A stretch of DNA of 64,000 bases from Promethearchaeota archaeon Loki_b32 (GTDB lineage Archaea > Asgardarchaeota > Lokiarchaeia > Sigyniarchaeales > SOKP01): NCBI GenBank assembly GCA_005223125.1, contig NJBH01000010.1, positions 1 through 64,000 on the forward strand, read 5' to 3'. How positions within the stretch are numbered: position 1 is the first letter of the stretch; each line of letters begins with the position of its first letter. This document shows positions 1 to 11,200 of this stretch, piece by piece. Under the pieces are notes generated by a model. The model saw only the letters and a program-made list of their open reading frames with translations. It searched no databases and was not told the DNA's origin. The position numbers were made by a program, and so were the translations under genes.

Positions 1-1358
1 AAATATGATATAGATTCCTCTAATCTTCCTGAATCTTTAAGAATTTTAAGATTTATAAGTTTGGATTCAAGAGGTATATTTACTACTCGAGATTCTTTTT
101 CTTGTTTTTTATAAAAACGATATCCAAGTACTGCTAAAACTCCTATAATAACAGCTAATATCGGGAAAAATATTAAGGAAAATACCAAAAAAGGTGGCAG
201 TCCACCAGGTCCAGATGGATTATAAGCCGCCCCTGCAGTTATATTAATGTAATTTATGCTTCTTAGTTGTATTCCTGCGGTATTTACCAAATCCACCTGA
301 ATGGATTTATTACCAATCCCAGATGGAATTGTATAGGTATAAGTAAAAACACCATTAGCATCAGTTTCAGTAGTGTCAATCTGAGTTCCATCATAACGGA
401 TTACAAGAGTTCTATTATATATTTTTAGTGTATCATTATTTCTAGAGAAGATTTCTCCCGTAATTATGATATCATCTCCTTCAGATGCTTCAGATTTCAT
501 ATTCCAGACACAAGTTATATCTGAAAATAATATAACATTTGTTATAACAATTCCTGAATTTCCAATTATTCTTTCTAAACCTTGGAATTCCCCCGAATAA
601 CTTAAATTCAAATGAATTTTTGGGAGGTAAGCATCAAAAGGGATTTGTAAATCCATTGAAAAAAAGCCATCAAAAGAGTTCGTAATAAAAGAGCCAGTAA
701 GCCATATATTTGTACTGTTATACCAATTGTAATTTATTTGGGCATCTGGAATGCCATTGCCATTTATATTATCAAATCGCAAAAAACCCTCAATTCTAAA
801 ATCTTCTCCAGGGATTTTAAGGATATTCTCTCTATTTGTGATATCAAAAACTGAAGTAGCATTGGCAAAAATCGTTAAAAAGTTTTCTTTAAAAACATTT
901 CCTCTACTAGCATCTGTAACATTTGCTTGGATTTTATACCCTGAAAGGGAGAATACATCAAAGCTAAAAGGTATCCTAAAATTAATTTGAAAATCTCCAT
1001 TTAAGTTTGTTATGTTATTAAACTGAGGATATAAAACATTATCTACAAAAATTGCTACATCTGTAAAATTAACCCCGGTTCCATTATTATATTTGAGGTT
1101 TCCCTTAATTGTTATCGAATCATTATGTAAATGGCGAGTATTATTTAATTGATAATTTGTTATGTTTATACTAGCCCAAAACGCTGAAATTTTGGGAGTA
1201 TCTCTATTATCTATACTTCTTTGAGTATTATTTAAATCAACAAAATTAACACTTCTATTTATTAAACTAATTGAAACTGTAAAAATAATAGTAATTAAAA
1301 AGATTCCAATTGAGATATTTTTCCTTTTTTCCTTATTTCTCAATTTTATTTTTAACAT
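1..1358 (-). CDS. Membrane-anchored surface protein with Ig-like beta-rich ectodomain (partial, runs off window start)
   Basis: Not in ORF track. ATG at 1358; open frame MLKIKLRNKEKRKNISIGIFLITIIF... with N-terminal hydrophobic anchor, N/T-rich beta repeats (TETDANGVFTYTYTIP), second TM (FLVFSLIFFPILAVIIGVLAVLGY) and a cytoplasmic tail continuing past position 1. Confidence 0.8.
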   Translation of the reverse strand, partial: MLKIKLRNKEKRKNISIGIFLITIIFTVSISLINRSVNFVDLNNTQRSIDNRDTPKISAFWASINITNYQLNNTRHLHNDSITIKGNLKYNNGTGVNFTDVAIFVDNVLYPQFNNITNLNGDFQINFRIPFSFDVFSLSGYKIQANVTDASRGNVFKENFLTIFANATSVFDITNRENILKIPGEDFRIEGFLRFDNINGNGIPDAQINYNWYNSTNIWLTGSFITNSFDGFFSMDLQIPFDAYLPKIHLNLSYSGEFQGLERIIGNSGIVITNVILFSDITCVWNMKSEASEGDDIIITGEIFSRNNDTLKIYNRTLVIRYDGTQIDTTETDANGVFTYTYTIPSGIGNKSIQVDLVNTAGIQLRSINYINITAGAAYNPSGPGGLPPFLVFSLIFFPILAVIIGVLAVLGYRFYKKQEKESRVVNIPLESKLINLKILKDSGRLEESISY

Positions 1359-1396
1359 ATTTTACTAATTTTTTATCATGGAATTTTATTTATCTT

Positions 1397-4300
1397 TTAG
1401 GTGAATTCTAATTCATTTTCTTCTACATATTCAAGATTATTAGCTTCAGGATCGAAATAAACAACTATTTTAGTTTCATCAACATAATTAACCTCTGACC
1501 ATGCTTCGTCAATTAAGAAAGAAGCATTAAAACCTCCCCATTGATCTGTAATTACCTCATTGAATACGATTAATTCACCATTTAGCTTTTGAACAGTTAC
1601 ATTCACTTTCATACCCGCCTCCATTGCTGTTCCATTATCCCAAGTTAAATTCCCATAAACAAAAAGAGTGTCACCCTCCCACCATAAACCATCACTGATA
1701 TCATGAGGAGTAGTATGATAACCATCTTGAATAATTACTGTCCCGGCAGTAATATTTATTGGGATAAGAGAAGTACTTGAACTAACCATATAAGGATTGG
1801 ATAGAGTAATAGAAAGGGGGCCATCTGTATGTTGTATTCTTCCTGTGAAATTAATCAATAAATTATATTCTCCTTGGGAGCAATTTAGGAAAATTCTACT
1901 TGAAAATGAATAATCGCCAGCATCATTGATATATTGGGTTTTGGGACTGAATAAATTGAGATGGAAAGAAACATCACTTAATGAAGCATCAAGAAGTATG
2001 ATTTCTACTTGTAATCCCTTGAGATCTTCTCCACTCTCAGTTAATGTCCCTGAAATAGTAAAAAGATCATTGTCTCTCAATATAATATAATCGTTAAAGA
2101 TATAACCGATGCTAACTGTCTCATTTATAATAATATAAGTTGAATTATAAGGATATATTATAGAATTATATTCATACTCCACTTCAATATAATGCAATCC
2201 TGCATGAAGAGAGCTAGTGTCTATATTAAATTGATAATACCCATTCTCTGTGCCATTAAAAGTATAAGGATTACCTAATATATCATTCGTATATATATCC
2301 CTTAGTCTTACAATTGATTCTGCTGGGGCATAATTATCACTCTGATTTATATAAACTTCAAAATTAGCAATTTGTCCTGGAGTATAAGTTGCAGGAGGAT
2401 TTCCATCAACATAAGATAGAGATCTATGGTTTCCTTCAATTTTAAAAATAATTATAACCTCACCGGGATCATATACTTTTAATTGATAATCAGCATTAGC
2501 GAAACTGGAAAAATTAGTATATGCAAGTAAATTAAAGGTATGAGGTATTGGACTTGGATAGTAAAATGTACCATTGAACCAAACTTCTAGTGTATAGTTT
2601 TTAGTATTAATAAAGCTATCAACACTAAATTCAGTAAAAATCTCTCCATATTCATTAGATTCAAAAGACCCACTTTCCCATATCCAATTATAAATTTCTG
2701 TAGGTCCATCAAACATGTGAAAAGATATTTCACCATATTTAATAGGTTTTGAATTATCTGTATCGTTCAAATATCCTTGAATATAAAAAGTTCTGTTTGT
2801 TGGGCCTTTACTTATTTCACGATTAAGCGGCCATACATTGAGATTGATGCTAATTGACGCATTTAATATAAAATAGGAATAATTTGTTAATTTTCCATAT
2901 TTTACATAGAGTAAATTAGGACCAGCAGCACTACTATTAATATAATAATCTAATCTAGTTTCTCCATTTACGTTTGTTGTATTACTACCAATAAATATAC
3001 TGCTGGAATAGTCATAAAATTCAACAATCTCGCCTTGTACTGGATCTCCTGTTTCATTGGTAAGAATTGCCTTTAATTTAAGAGTTGAATACCTTGTAAC
3101 GCTAGGAGATTCATAATTATAGGCCTCAATGTTATTAATATAAAATAATAAATTGTATGTAGGTTCTTCAGTTATATTAAACTCAATTCTATTACTTGAA
3201 TCATTTATAATATCCCAAACCCAAGGCCATCCACTCCATGAACCATTAAAATCAACTCGGATTTCATATTTTCCTTTTGGAACCCAAGAATTTACATTTA
3301 CAAGTTCATTAAAATCACCATTATTGTCGGTATTAGTATAAATAATATCGAATGGAGATCCTATTTTATTATTTGTACCTTTTTGAAATAATAAAAATTC
3401 AACAGTAGCATCTTTCACACTTTGGTTTGCTATTGGATCGTATACATAGCCCTGGATATTAGTTGTATTGGTAATAGAGCGATTAACTTCTGTAGGACTA
3501 ACACTAACGAGATTTACATCAATATCACCAAATACTGTATAGTATGTAGAATTAACAGCTGAAAGATATGATGCTCCTATTAAATGTGGGCCTACAATTT
3601 GAGAGGTATCTATATCTACTAGTAATGAAGCTGTTCCATTTTGATTAGTAGTAACTTTACCAAGCTCTATTCCATAAGTATAATCTGTAAAAGTAATTTC
3701 TCTATTCTCTACAGAGATATTTGTGGGAGAACTTAAAGTTGCTGTTAAATTAGCAACTTGGTTTCTATAACCTTCGGTAAAGTTTGAATTAACTGTTATA
3801 TCAAAACTAGTTGGAAGGGGGGGCCCACCTCCATCTCCATAAGTATCCAAATTAACGTCCATTTGAACCCACATCCCATTTCCATAGATATCTGTTGGGA
3901 CATAGATTTCAGCCCAATTATAGAGATTTTTTAATTTTATTAAAATAGTATTTTGGCTTTCTTCAGAATCATAGATCTCTTCAACATCAAATGTTTGACT
4001 GATTAAATCAAAGGCTCGAGTTCTATATCCATCAACAAAGCGACTTGCGACACCAAAGGCTCTCGTAAATACACAAAAAGCAGAAGCAAAATCAGACCAA
4101 ATCCCTTTTCCTTGTAGACAGAACCAATCTACACTATCATGTCCTTCTGGAGCAGATTGATAATCATCGGGAGTCAATGGAAAAGAAAACTGGGTTTGAA
4201 GATAATTTCTTATTTTGTTTGCTATAACAAAAGCATTATCATTATCTTCAATAATCTGATCTAATGCGTTATAATGAGTTCTAAAATTTGCCCATGTAGC

Positions 4301-5221
4301 AATATAGGTTTCCACATCAGGGGGCAATTGGGTAAACTGATTTATTAAATCTTCATAATCTAATGTTGTTGAATTTGTTATTACTTTTATTGCACTGTTA
4401 TTAACTTCATCATTAGATGGCAAATTTAATCCAAATAATTCATATGTCATATTAACATCATTATCAGAGAAAAAAGTAAGATCTAAAAAAGAAGAATTAA
4501 AATCGTCTTTTAAAAGAGTTATTTTATCATAATCTAAATCATAAGCATTAATACTTCCTTCCATTATAAAAGGAATTGGGAAAAGTGATGGAATAATCAT
4601 TGAATTTGAGCCGATTTCAGGTGAAATATCCATCTTTACTTTTAAGAGTTCTGGATCAGGAAAATAATAATCATAATAATCTAATTGAGAATATAAAGGA
4701 TAAATAGTCTGAAATGCACTTGAAGTCCACTCGTTACTATCATAATTATCAAAACATTCATATTTCCATAAAACGTCTGACATTTCATTTAGATCTAAAT
4801 AATTGTATATTCTAAATACTTCAATCTCACCTGCGCCGGCAGCTAATAGAGCTAATAGTGCTGTAGGGAAATCCGATAAATCAAAATTCTCAACAACTCC
4901 ATCAGAAATCTGATCTAAAATAGCTGCCAAATCTTCAGGAGATATATTTTCAAGTAATTCTGATAATTGTTCAGGTGATAAAAAATCCATAATATCTTCA
5001 AACCAATTAAAAGGAAAAGGGGGAATTACTAATTCAACGGATTCATAATCGGTATTTGCTTTTTCTTTACTAGGCACTGGTCTTTGACTGCCAAAAAGAA
5101 AGCTGAAGAAAACAACTGAGAATGAAAAGACAGAAATTAATAGGACAGCTACCAAAACAATTCCTATAATTCTTTTCTTATCTATTTTAGTGGCGAGTAA
5201 TTCTTCCCTCAATTCTGACAT
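1397..5221 (-). CDS. Transglutaminase-like domain protein with N-terminal TM and tandem Ig-like repeats (probably catalytically inactive)
   Basis: TGase-core pattern GKGIWSDFASAFCVFTRAFGVASRFVDGY ... YNWAEIY ... WVQMD; repeats such as GKVTTNQNGTA / GSNTTNVNGET. Confidence 0.8.
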   Translation of the reverse strand: MSELREELLATKIDKKRIIGIVLVAVLLISVFSFSVVFFSFLFGSQRPVPSKEKANTDYESVELVIPPFPFNWFEDIMDFLSPEQLSELLENISPEDLAAILDQISDGVVENFDLSDFPTALLALLAAGAGEIEVFRIYNYLDLNEMSDVLWKYECFDNYDSNEWTSSAFQTIYPLYSQLDYYDYYFPDPELLKVKMDISPEIGSNSMIIPSLFPIPFIMEGSINAYDLDYDKITLLKDDFNSSFLDLTFFSDNDVNMTYELFGLNLPSNDEVNNSAIKVITNSTTLDYEDLINQFTQLPPDVETYIATWANFRTHYNALDQIIEDNDNAFVIANKIRNYLQTQFSFPLTPDDYQSAPEGHDSVDWFCLQGKGIWSDFASAFCVFTRAFGVASRFVDGYRTRAFDLISQTFDVEEIYDSEESQNTILIKLKNLYNWAEIYVPTDIYGNGMWVQMDVNLDTYGDGGGPPLPTSFDITVNSNFTEGYRNQVANLTATLSSPTNISVENREITFTDYTYGIELGKVTTNQNGTASLLVDIDTSQIVGPHLIGASYLSAVNSTYYTVFGDIDVNLVSVSPTEVNRSITNTTNIQGYVYDPIANQSVKDATVEFLLFQKGTNNKIGSPFDIIYTNTDNNGDFNELVNVNSWVPKGKYEIRVDFNGSWSGWPWVWDIINDSSNRIEFNITEEPTYNLLFYINNIEAYNYESPSVTRYSTLKLKAILTNETGDPVQGEIVEFYDYSSSIFIGSNTTNVNGETRLDYYINSSAAGPNLLYVKYGKLTNYSYFILNASISINLNVWPLNREISKGPTNRTFYIQGYLNDTDNSKPIKYGEISFHMFDGPTEIYNWIWESGSFESNEYGEIFTEFSVDSFINTKNYTLEVWFNGTFYYPSPIPHTFNLLAYTNFSSFANADYQLKVYDPGEVIIIFKIEGNHRSLSYVDGNPPATYTPGQIANFEVYINQSDNYAPAESIVRLRDIYTNDILGNPYTFNGTENGYYQFNIDTSSLHAGLHYIEVEYEYNSIIYPYNSTYIIINETVSIGYIFNDYIILRDNDLFTISGTLTESGEDLKGLQVEIILLDASLSDVSFHLNLFSPKTQYINDAGDYSFSSRIFLNCSQGEYNLLINFTGRIQHTDGPLSITLSNPYMVSSSTSLIPINITAGTVIIQDGYHTTPHDISDGLWWEGDTLFVYGNLTWDNGTAMEAGMKVNVTVQKLNGELIVFNEVITDQWGGFNASFLIDEAWSEVNYVDETKIVVYFDPEANNLEYVEENELEFT

Positions 5222-5471
5222 ATTATACCAAAATAAACCTTTTTATTTACCAAAAAGATTTTAGAATAGTAATCAAAATTATTATATATATAATTTACCA
5301 CATCTTTTTTTAATTTTATAGGTTCTTTAAAAATAAATAATTGTGAAATATTTTATTGAATTTCATAGTTGAAGATGTAAATAAGAAAACTTATTGAATT
5401 AAATATAAACCAAATACGTCGAATAAATAGCTAAAAAATTATAAGAAGATTATAAGAATGTTAGAATTGAG

Positions 5472-6365
5472 TTAAAATTCAAATCCACATTTTGTGCATA
5501 CTAATTTTTTCGCATAAATAGGTTTTGGAATGTAACTAATAATTCGTGTTCTGTCTTCAACTTCTTTTACAGCAAATCCTGATGCTCCGCAATTAGGGCA
5601 CATTCTTCTTCCAGTCCCCATCTGAGCTGATGGAGCAGGAGTTGTTGATGTGGTAGGAGTCAGAGTTGGGCTTGTACTATAATTTGTCGTTTGATTTGTA
5701 ATACCTTGCGCTAAGCTAGAAGGCATTACTGCTTTAGGTTCTTTTAATTCTTCAATACGCCGTTCTTTATAAACAATTTCTTCCTGTAATTTTGTAATTT
5801 GAGCCTGTAATGGACCAATTTGTTGCTGTAATACGGAATTATGTTGCTGTAATTCTTGAACTTGTTGTTGTAACCCTGGTATATGGGCTTGTAGTTGTGC
5901 GTTTTCATCAGTTAATTGTTTTACTTGCTGTTGATAAGCCTCTGTTGTACTTTGAAGAGATTGGAATTGATTTGTTAATCGATTTACTTGACTTTCTTTT
6001 TCTCGAAGTTGAGCACTTATTAATGAACTTTGAGAACTTAAATCATTAATTTGAGATTGTAATTGATTCAAATTTGAATCTTTTTCTTGGAGTTGCATTA
6101 CAACTGAATTATATTCTTCTTCTGAAGGTCCTATTGAGATTGAAGGAGGTATTGGTTCAAATGTAGGTGGAGGTGTTGGTTCAAATACAGGTGAGGGGGG
6201 TGGGGTTGTCATTGGAGGTGGCGTTAAAGGTGGTGGAGTTGAAGGTGGTGGCATTGAAGGCGGAGGTGTAAGGGGAGTTACAGAAGGAGGTGGCATCGAT
6301 GGTATTGAGAATGGTTTTTTTTCCTTTTCTTTTTCGTCATTATTTCTCTCATATTCGTCTGACAT
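5472..6365 (-). CDS. Proline-rich / coiled-coil / C-terminal zinc-ribbon protein
   Basis: Repeated PPP motifs at N-terminus, Gln-rich heptad coiled coil, CPNC...CTKC at C-terminus. Confidence 0.75.
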   Translation of the reverse strand: MSDEYERNNDEKEKEKKPFSIPSMPPPSVTPLTPPPSMPPPSTPPPLTPPPMTTPPPSPVFEPTPPPTFEPIPPSISIGPSEEEYNSVVMQLQEKDSNLNQLQSQINDLSSQSSLISAQLREKESQVNRLTNQFQSLQSTTEAYQQQVKQLTDENAQLQAHIPGLQQQVQELQQHNSVLQQQIGPLQAQITKLQEEIVYKERRIEELKEPKAVMPSSLAQGITNQTTNYSTSPTLTPTTSTTPAPSAQMGTGRRMCPNCGASGFAVKEVEDRTRIISYIPKPIYAKKLVCTKCGFEF

Positions 6366-6473
6366 AATAATTCAACTTTTTTATTGTTAAATTAAAAATA
6401 ATTTCTATAACATTATAGGAGTAATTATGATTATAGCATAAACGTAAATATAAAAGTGTTTGTATGTTATTTC

Positions 6474-7565
6474 TTAAAAACAATTCCAATGTGGACTTAA
6501 TTTCTCCTTTAAGGCGGGAATTAATCTTCTATTAAAATAATCAAGCAATTTAGGGTCTGAAGTTCTTGATTCTTCTTGTATTATGTCATTATCCTCATCG
6601 TTAAGCACTTTTAAGCAATTATATACAGCTCGAGCTTGTTTATCTAATTCATACCCCCCTTCTAATGTAATTAAAATTCTATCATTAGCGTATTTTTGTG
6701 CTATTATTTTTAATTTTTTTAGATATTCTGCTGGTGCTTGATATGTCCAATTCATATTTGTTAATTGATCAGTCCAATGGGTATCAAATCCAGCAGAAAT
6801 TAGAATAAAATCTGGTTTGAATTCATTACAAATAGGAATAATTATTTCATCAAAATATAAAGGAATAACATCATCAGCAGAACCTGCGGGCATTGCATAA
6901 TTAATGATTTTACCAGCGCCTTTACCTGTGCCAATTTCATCGTAATTTCCCGTTCCAGGGTAAAAATATCCATATTGATGAGAATTAAACATTACTAATT
7001 CACCAGAATCTGATTTAGAACCTTGATAAAATATATCTTGAGTACCATTTCCATGATGACAATCCCAATCAAATATTGCAACTTTATTGATACCTTTTTC
7101 CCTGAAAAGATATTCTGCCGTAATAGCAACATTATTAAATATACAAAATCCTGCAAATCGATGAGAATTAGAGTGGTGTCCAGGAGGTCTTACTAAAGCA
7201 AATGCATTCTTTATATTTCCATTCAAAATTTCATCTGCTGCATGTAAATTTCCTCCAACCGAATACAACGAAGCTTCATAAGTTTTTGGTGATGCTGCAG
7301 TATCCATATCAATATATTGAATACGCTGTGTTTTAGCACTTAATTCACATATTTCTTGTATCTCTTTTATTAATCTTTCTCGATGGACATATCTTATCTG
7401 GTCTATAGTTGCCTTCCTTGGTTTAATGATTTTGAAACTTGGGTCTTCAAGTAACTTCTTTGTTTTTAAGAAATCCATAATAGCTATTAGTCTTTCATGG
7501 CTCTCTACATGAGTTCCAATGTTATGTTCTAGATATATATCATCATATACTATTCCCGTTGTCAT
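6474..7565 (-). CDS. Zn-dependent histone deacetylase family protein
   Basis: RPPGHH, GFCIFNN, DWDCHHGNGTQ, SAGFD, LEGGY motifs all intact. Confidence 0.95.
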   Translation of the reverse strand: MTTGIVYDDIYLEHNIGTHVESHERLIAIMDFLKTKKLLEDPSFKIIKPRKATIDQIRYVHRERLIKEIQEICELSAKTQRIQYIDMDTAASPKTYEASLYSVGGNLHAADEILNGNIKNAFALVRPPGHHSNSHRFAGFCIFNNVAITAEYLFREKGINKVAIFDWDCHHGNGTQDIFYQGSKSDSGELVMFNSHQYGYFYPGTGNYDEIGTGKGAGKIINYAMPAGSADDVIPLYFDEIIIPICNEFKPDFILISAGFDTHWTDQLTNMNWTYQAPAEYLKKLKIIAQKYANDRILITLEGGYELDKQARAVYNCLKVLNDEDNDIIQEESRTSDPKLLDYFNRRLIPALKEKLSPHWNCF

Positions 7566-7677
7566 AAGATTTCATCTATATCCTGTTTTTAAAATTCTAA
7601 TTTCTTTTTTATAATATTAAACTATTTTAATATTTATATATAGACTTAAAAAATTTTCTTCATAAATTTAGTTATAT

Positions 7678-8199
7678 ATGAAAAAAATCAAATTTACATT
7701 AAAAATCATTATAGTGGGAGAGCCAGCTGTTGGTAAAACTAGTTTGGTTAAAAAGTTTGTATCAGGACAATTCACTAAAGATTATCGTTCAAGTATCGGA
7801 ACTAATATTTTTATTAAAAAAATTAATTTAGAGAACATCGGGGAAACGACTATTCAATTATGGGACATAGCTGGACAAGAACGCTGGATAAATATGAGAC
7901 GCTCTTATTATTCAGGAGCTAAAGGAGTGCTTATTGTAGGGGACTTGACGAGGAAAAATACATTTGATCAAATCGTCAAATTCTGGGTTCCAGATGTGAA
8001 ACAATACTGTGAACTTACCCCTATTGTTTTAATTGCTAATAAGAATGATTTAAAAGAGGAAATTAATGAAATTGAAATTAATACTTTAGGACAACAAATT
8101 AATGCCATTGGTATTTTTACTACATCAGCAAAAACTGGTGAAAACGTTGAAATGGCATTTAAAATAATATCTGAGTATGCCATAAAAGAATGCTATTAA
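7678..8199 (+). CDS. Rab-like small GTPase
   Basis: G1 GEPAVGKTS, G3 WDIAGQE, G4 NKND, G5 SAK. Confidence 0.93.
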   Translation: MKKIKFTLKIIIVGEPAVGKTSLVKKFVSGQFTKDYRSSIGTNIFIKKINLENIGETTIQLWDIAGQERWINMRRSYYSGAKGVLIVGDLTRKNTFDQIVKFWVPDVKQYCELTPIVLIANKNDLKEEINEIEINTLGQQINAIGIFTTSAKTGENVEMAFKIISEYAIKECY

Positions 8200-8285
8200 A
8201 AATATCTTCAGATTTGTGAAATCAAATTAAAAAAATCAAAGAGATTTTAATACCAAGTTATATTATAAAAGAAAATAAAAATTAA

Positions 8286-11200
8286 TTATACTTCTTTATT
8301 AGTGAATTTAATTTGATTACTTTTTGGTTCATAAATTGTTCCTTCTTTTAGTAATTCTTCTAGCGCACTTTCTATAAATTTTTTATCTAAACTTTCTTCT
8401 AATTCTAAAATTTGAATAACGTTGGATTTTTCTAATGCTTTCCAGTTATTTTCTTCAAATATCTCTTTCAATCTATTCATTAGACTTTCTAATTTATTTA
8501 GATTACTTCTAGATTGACCAACAAAAATTCTATCCATATCTATTTTTCCTGTTGTTTCATCATATCCTGTATCCTTGAGATATCTTTTGAAGATTTTAAT
8601 GATTGCTTCGACATCCTCTTTTAAGACTTTATCTCTTAACGCCATTTTAGCATAAGCTTCACTGAGCCTAACTAAAGCATCCAGATTTCTTGCTAATATT
8701 GAAATTATGGCATCTTCACTATCATATTGACCTCTTAATTCTAGATAAAATTCTTTAATTCTTTCTTTAGCTTCATCAGTTAATATAGGATTGCATGTCC
8801 TTCTTGCATGTTTGATATATTTTTTTAAAAGATCTCTTGAGATTGGTGCTATTGAAGTACTATTATCTTCAAGGGTTTCTTCTGGTTTCATCATTGAATT
8901 TTTTAAAATAAATTCAGCCATTTGAGCATCATCTGCGGGGTTAGGTTTGTCGACCACTATGAAAATTAAATCAAAACGGGATAAAAGAGACGGGGGTAGC
9001 CTAATATTTTGAGTAGGAGTTTTATATCTATCATATCTTCCAGAATAGGGATTAGCTGCTGCTATAATTGCAGTTTGGGCTTTTAAAGTAGCAACAATAC
9101 CGGCTTTGGCTATACTTACAGTATTATGTAAGATTACACCTTGGCTTATGAATGTATGATTTGGCTCGACTGTAATATCATAGACCCATGGTGTAAAATT
9201 CTTTCCTTTGTTTTGGATACACTCAATTGATTTAATTCTATCCCAATTAATCTCTGAATTTAATAATGAATTTAAATAACTAATTTTCTTTTCAACTATT
9301 TTGATTTTAGAGCTAAGAGCAGAATTGATCTTTAATTTCAATTTTTCTCTTTGTTTTTGACCATAGCCTCCTCTTTCATAATAATCAATATTACTTCTAT
9401 TAAATCCTGAAATATGACCTAAGATTTCTTGAGAATACCCAGATTCAATTCTAATTTCTTTAATATCGATCTTCTTATTGATAATGCTTTTAATTTTTAT
9501 ATATTTGTCTTTAATCATTGCTAACTCTTTTTGAAAGACATTCCGAGTAATCCCATGACGTTTTTTTAAATGACGGTAGAAATATCCATCATAAGCAATT
9601 GCTAAATCCTTTTTAAGACCAACAATCATTTCTATTATCGAAGTTGGAAATATTTCATGATGGTGTGTTTTGGGTATTTCAGGTTTAATAAGATTTCTTA
9701 TCTTCTTAATCCGATAATCATCATCTTCAACAATCTCCTTATAGAATTGAATTAATGACTGCGCACGAATGTAAACCTTATAGGAATCATTATATTTATC
9801 ATACGTTATTCTAGAATGAATGCCTAATTTCAATAGTAAATCTTGATAATCAACACTTAACCCTTTAGAAGCAGTACGATAACAGATTGCTGTAGATTCA
9901 ACACTCCCATCACCCTTGAAAGCACTAATCAATAATTCCTTAGCTATCCTACGACTACTTGATAAGACTTTATTAGGGATTCTTTTGTATTTTGAGATTG
10001 TCATAACTTCTGGAAAATTCTCCATCATCCAACCATATAAGTTAATTGATATATACCTAAGTGTTTTTAATCCATCGTCCCTTTGATTTATACAAGGCTT
10101 AATTTTGAATACATCTTTCATCAAATTATAAAAATCATCAAGTAAAGTGTCATTCATATTAGAAAATCCAATTTCTGCTCCAGATCCTTTATAACTATGT
10201 CCTTCACTGACTAGATATCCTAGTATTCTACCCACTTCAGGATTTAAATGTCTTGGTATAATTATATCTTTAGCTAAAGGATGATTTGAAGTTATTTTTC
10301 CATATAATTCAACAGCATCACTTGAATTTGGTAAGTATTTTGGTACAGGGATAAAATCACCTGGAATACAATTTTCGGCTTTGGTACAATTTAGAATTCC
10401 ATTTCGATATGTAAATAATGGGTGTTCAGGTGTAACTACTATTGATCTTCCATTAGTAAACATAATCTTATAATAATTTTCTGGAGATTTATGGCGACTT
10501 ACTCGATTAACATTAGTTTTGAATATTTTTTTAAAGTCTGTTGTAAAAAGTCTTAAATTATTATATTTTAAAATTTCACAATCTTTACCATATTTTATTT
10601 TTTCATTATTTTTTTCTATTAGATTATCAATAAATTCTCCGATAACAATTCTTTTACCATCTATACTTAATATTTCAGTATCATAATGATAAGATTGTTG
10701 CTCCATTGCCTCATGGAGTGCAGATCTATCAGCCGTATCCATTTTATCAAATTCATCTATTGCTGCTACCCCTCCATTGGCTAACACAACTACTCCTGCT
10801 TCAAGGTTCATTTGTCCCGTGTCAGGTTCTTTTATTACAGCAGCAGTTAGACCAACTGCTGTAGATCCTTTCCCAGATGTGTATAAACCCCGTGGAGATA
10901 CTTCTATTGCGGATTTCAGGATCTCAGACTTTCCAGTTCCTGGATCACCAACAAATAACACATGAATATCACCTCTTTTATAACTTCCTCCCGGTTTTTT
11001 TTTCCTTGTACCAGCAAACAGACTCAAAGCCGATGCCATTTTTAGATCTTCTCTCCCATATATGTCAGGAGCAATTGAACGTGCTATTTTTCTTTGAATT
11101 AATGGTTCTTTAGATAGATCTTCAATTTTTTTCCTATCTTCTTTGGTGAGATCAATCATATCTTCTGTTTTATCCTCAGGATCTATAAAATTGATATCAA

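Noticed and set aside
8185-8199. C-terminal Cys (KECY) of Rab-like GTPase as prenylation signal
   Set aside because: Not CaaX, CC or CxC, and no hypervariable tail.
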